Origin: Eledone cirrhosa
Taxonomy: Eukaryota
DNA length: 64,000 bases
Reading direction: 5' to 3'
NCBI GenBank assembly: GCA_964016885.1
Contig: OZ024742.1
Location: forward strand, 71,362,001 to 71,426,000
A program made the position numbers and the translations under genes. Position 1 is the stretch's first letter. Each line of letters opens with the position of its first letter. This document shows positions 63,975 through 64,000 of this stretch, one piece after another. The notes under the pieces are model-generated. The model was not told the origin of the DNA. It was given only the letters and a program-made list of their open reading frames with translations, and did not search any database.

Positions 63975-64000
63975 ACTAGCAGTGGTACCCGGCGTTGCAT
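63975..64000 (-). mobile_element. Possible Helitron 3' terminus running off the window
   Basis: Minus strand ...caacgccgggtaccactgCTAG-t, a GC-rich hairpin half just before CTAG. Confidence 0.35.

Overview
Eukaryotic, AT-rich, repeat-dominated DNA. The huge (TA)n tracts, (GAT)n-tailed RTE LINEs and tRNA-headed SINEs suggest an octopus-like coleoid cephalopod (inference). No complete host gene is visible, and most ORFs in the track are microsatellite or antisense artefacts. Mobile elements seen: (1) many copies of at least three RTE-clade LINE families, called A, B and C here, whose ORF carries a PHD-type C4HC3 finger after the RT core; (2) two SINE types, a CORE-like SINE with an RTE-derived tail and a Meta-domain-like SINE; (3) a complete but frameshifted hATm-like DNA transposon at 9263-11979 with an 8-bp TSD; (4) hAT, piggyBac-like and Tigger-like MITEs, a mariner relic, a CRE-like relic and a bipartite RTE derivative. 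The most interesting signal lies in short unique inserts inside the (TA)n tracts. Several fold by eye into type I hammerhead ribozymes: complete at 13370-13453, at 20016-20066 and as an inverted pair at 13818-14080, and truncated inside the catalytic core at 1884 and 44568. Others are long hairpins carrying only the 3' half of a hammerhead, one next to a Penelope-like ORF remnant. Together these suggest a diverse set of (TA)n-targeting, ribozyme-bearing Penelope-like or retrozyme-like mini-elements that insert with fold-back ends. A few candidate minus-strand host exons are also noted, best at 61236-61406 with a decayed duplicate near 58030-58162. All calls were made by eye without database searches.
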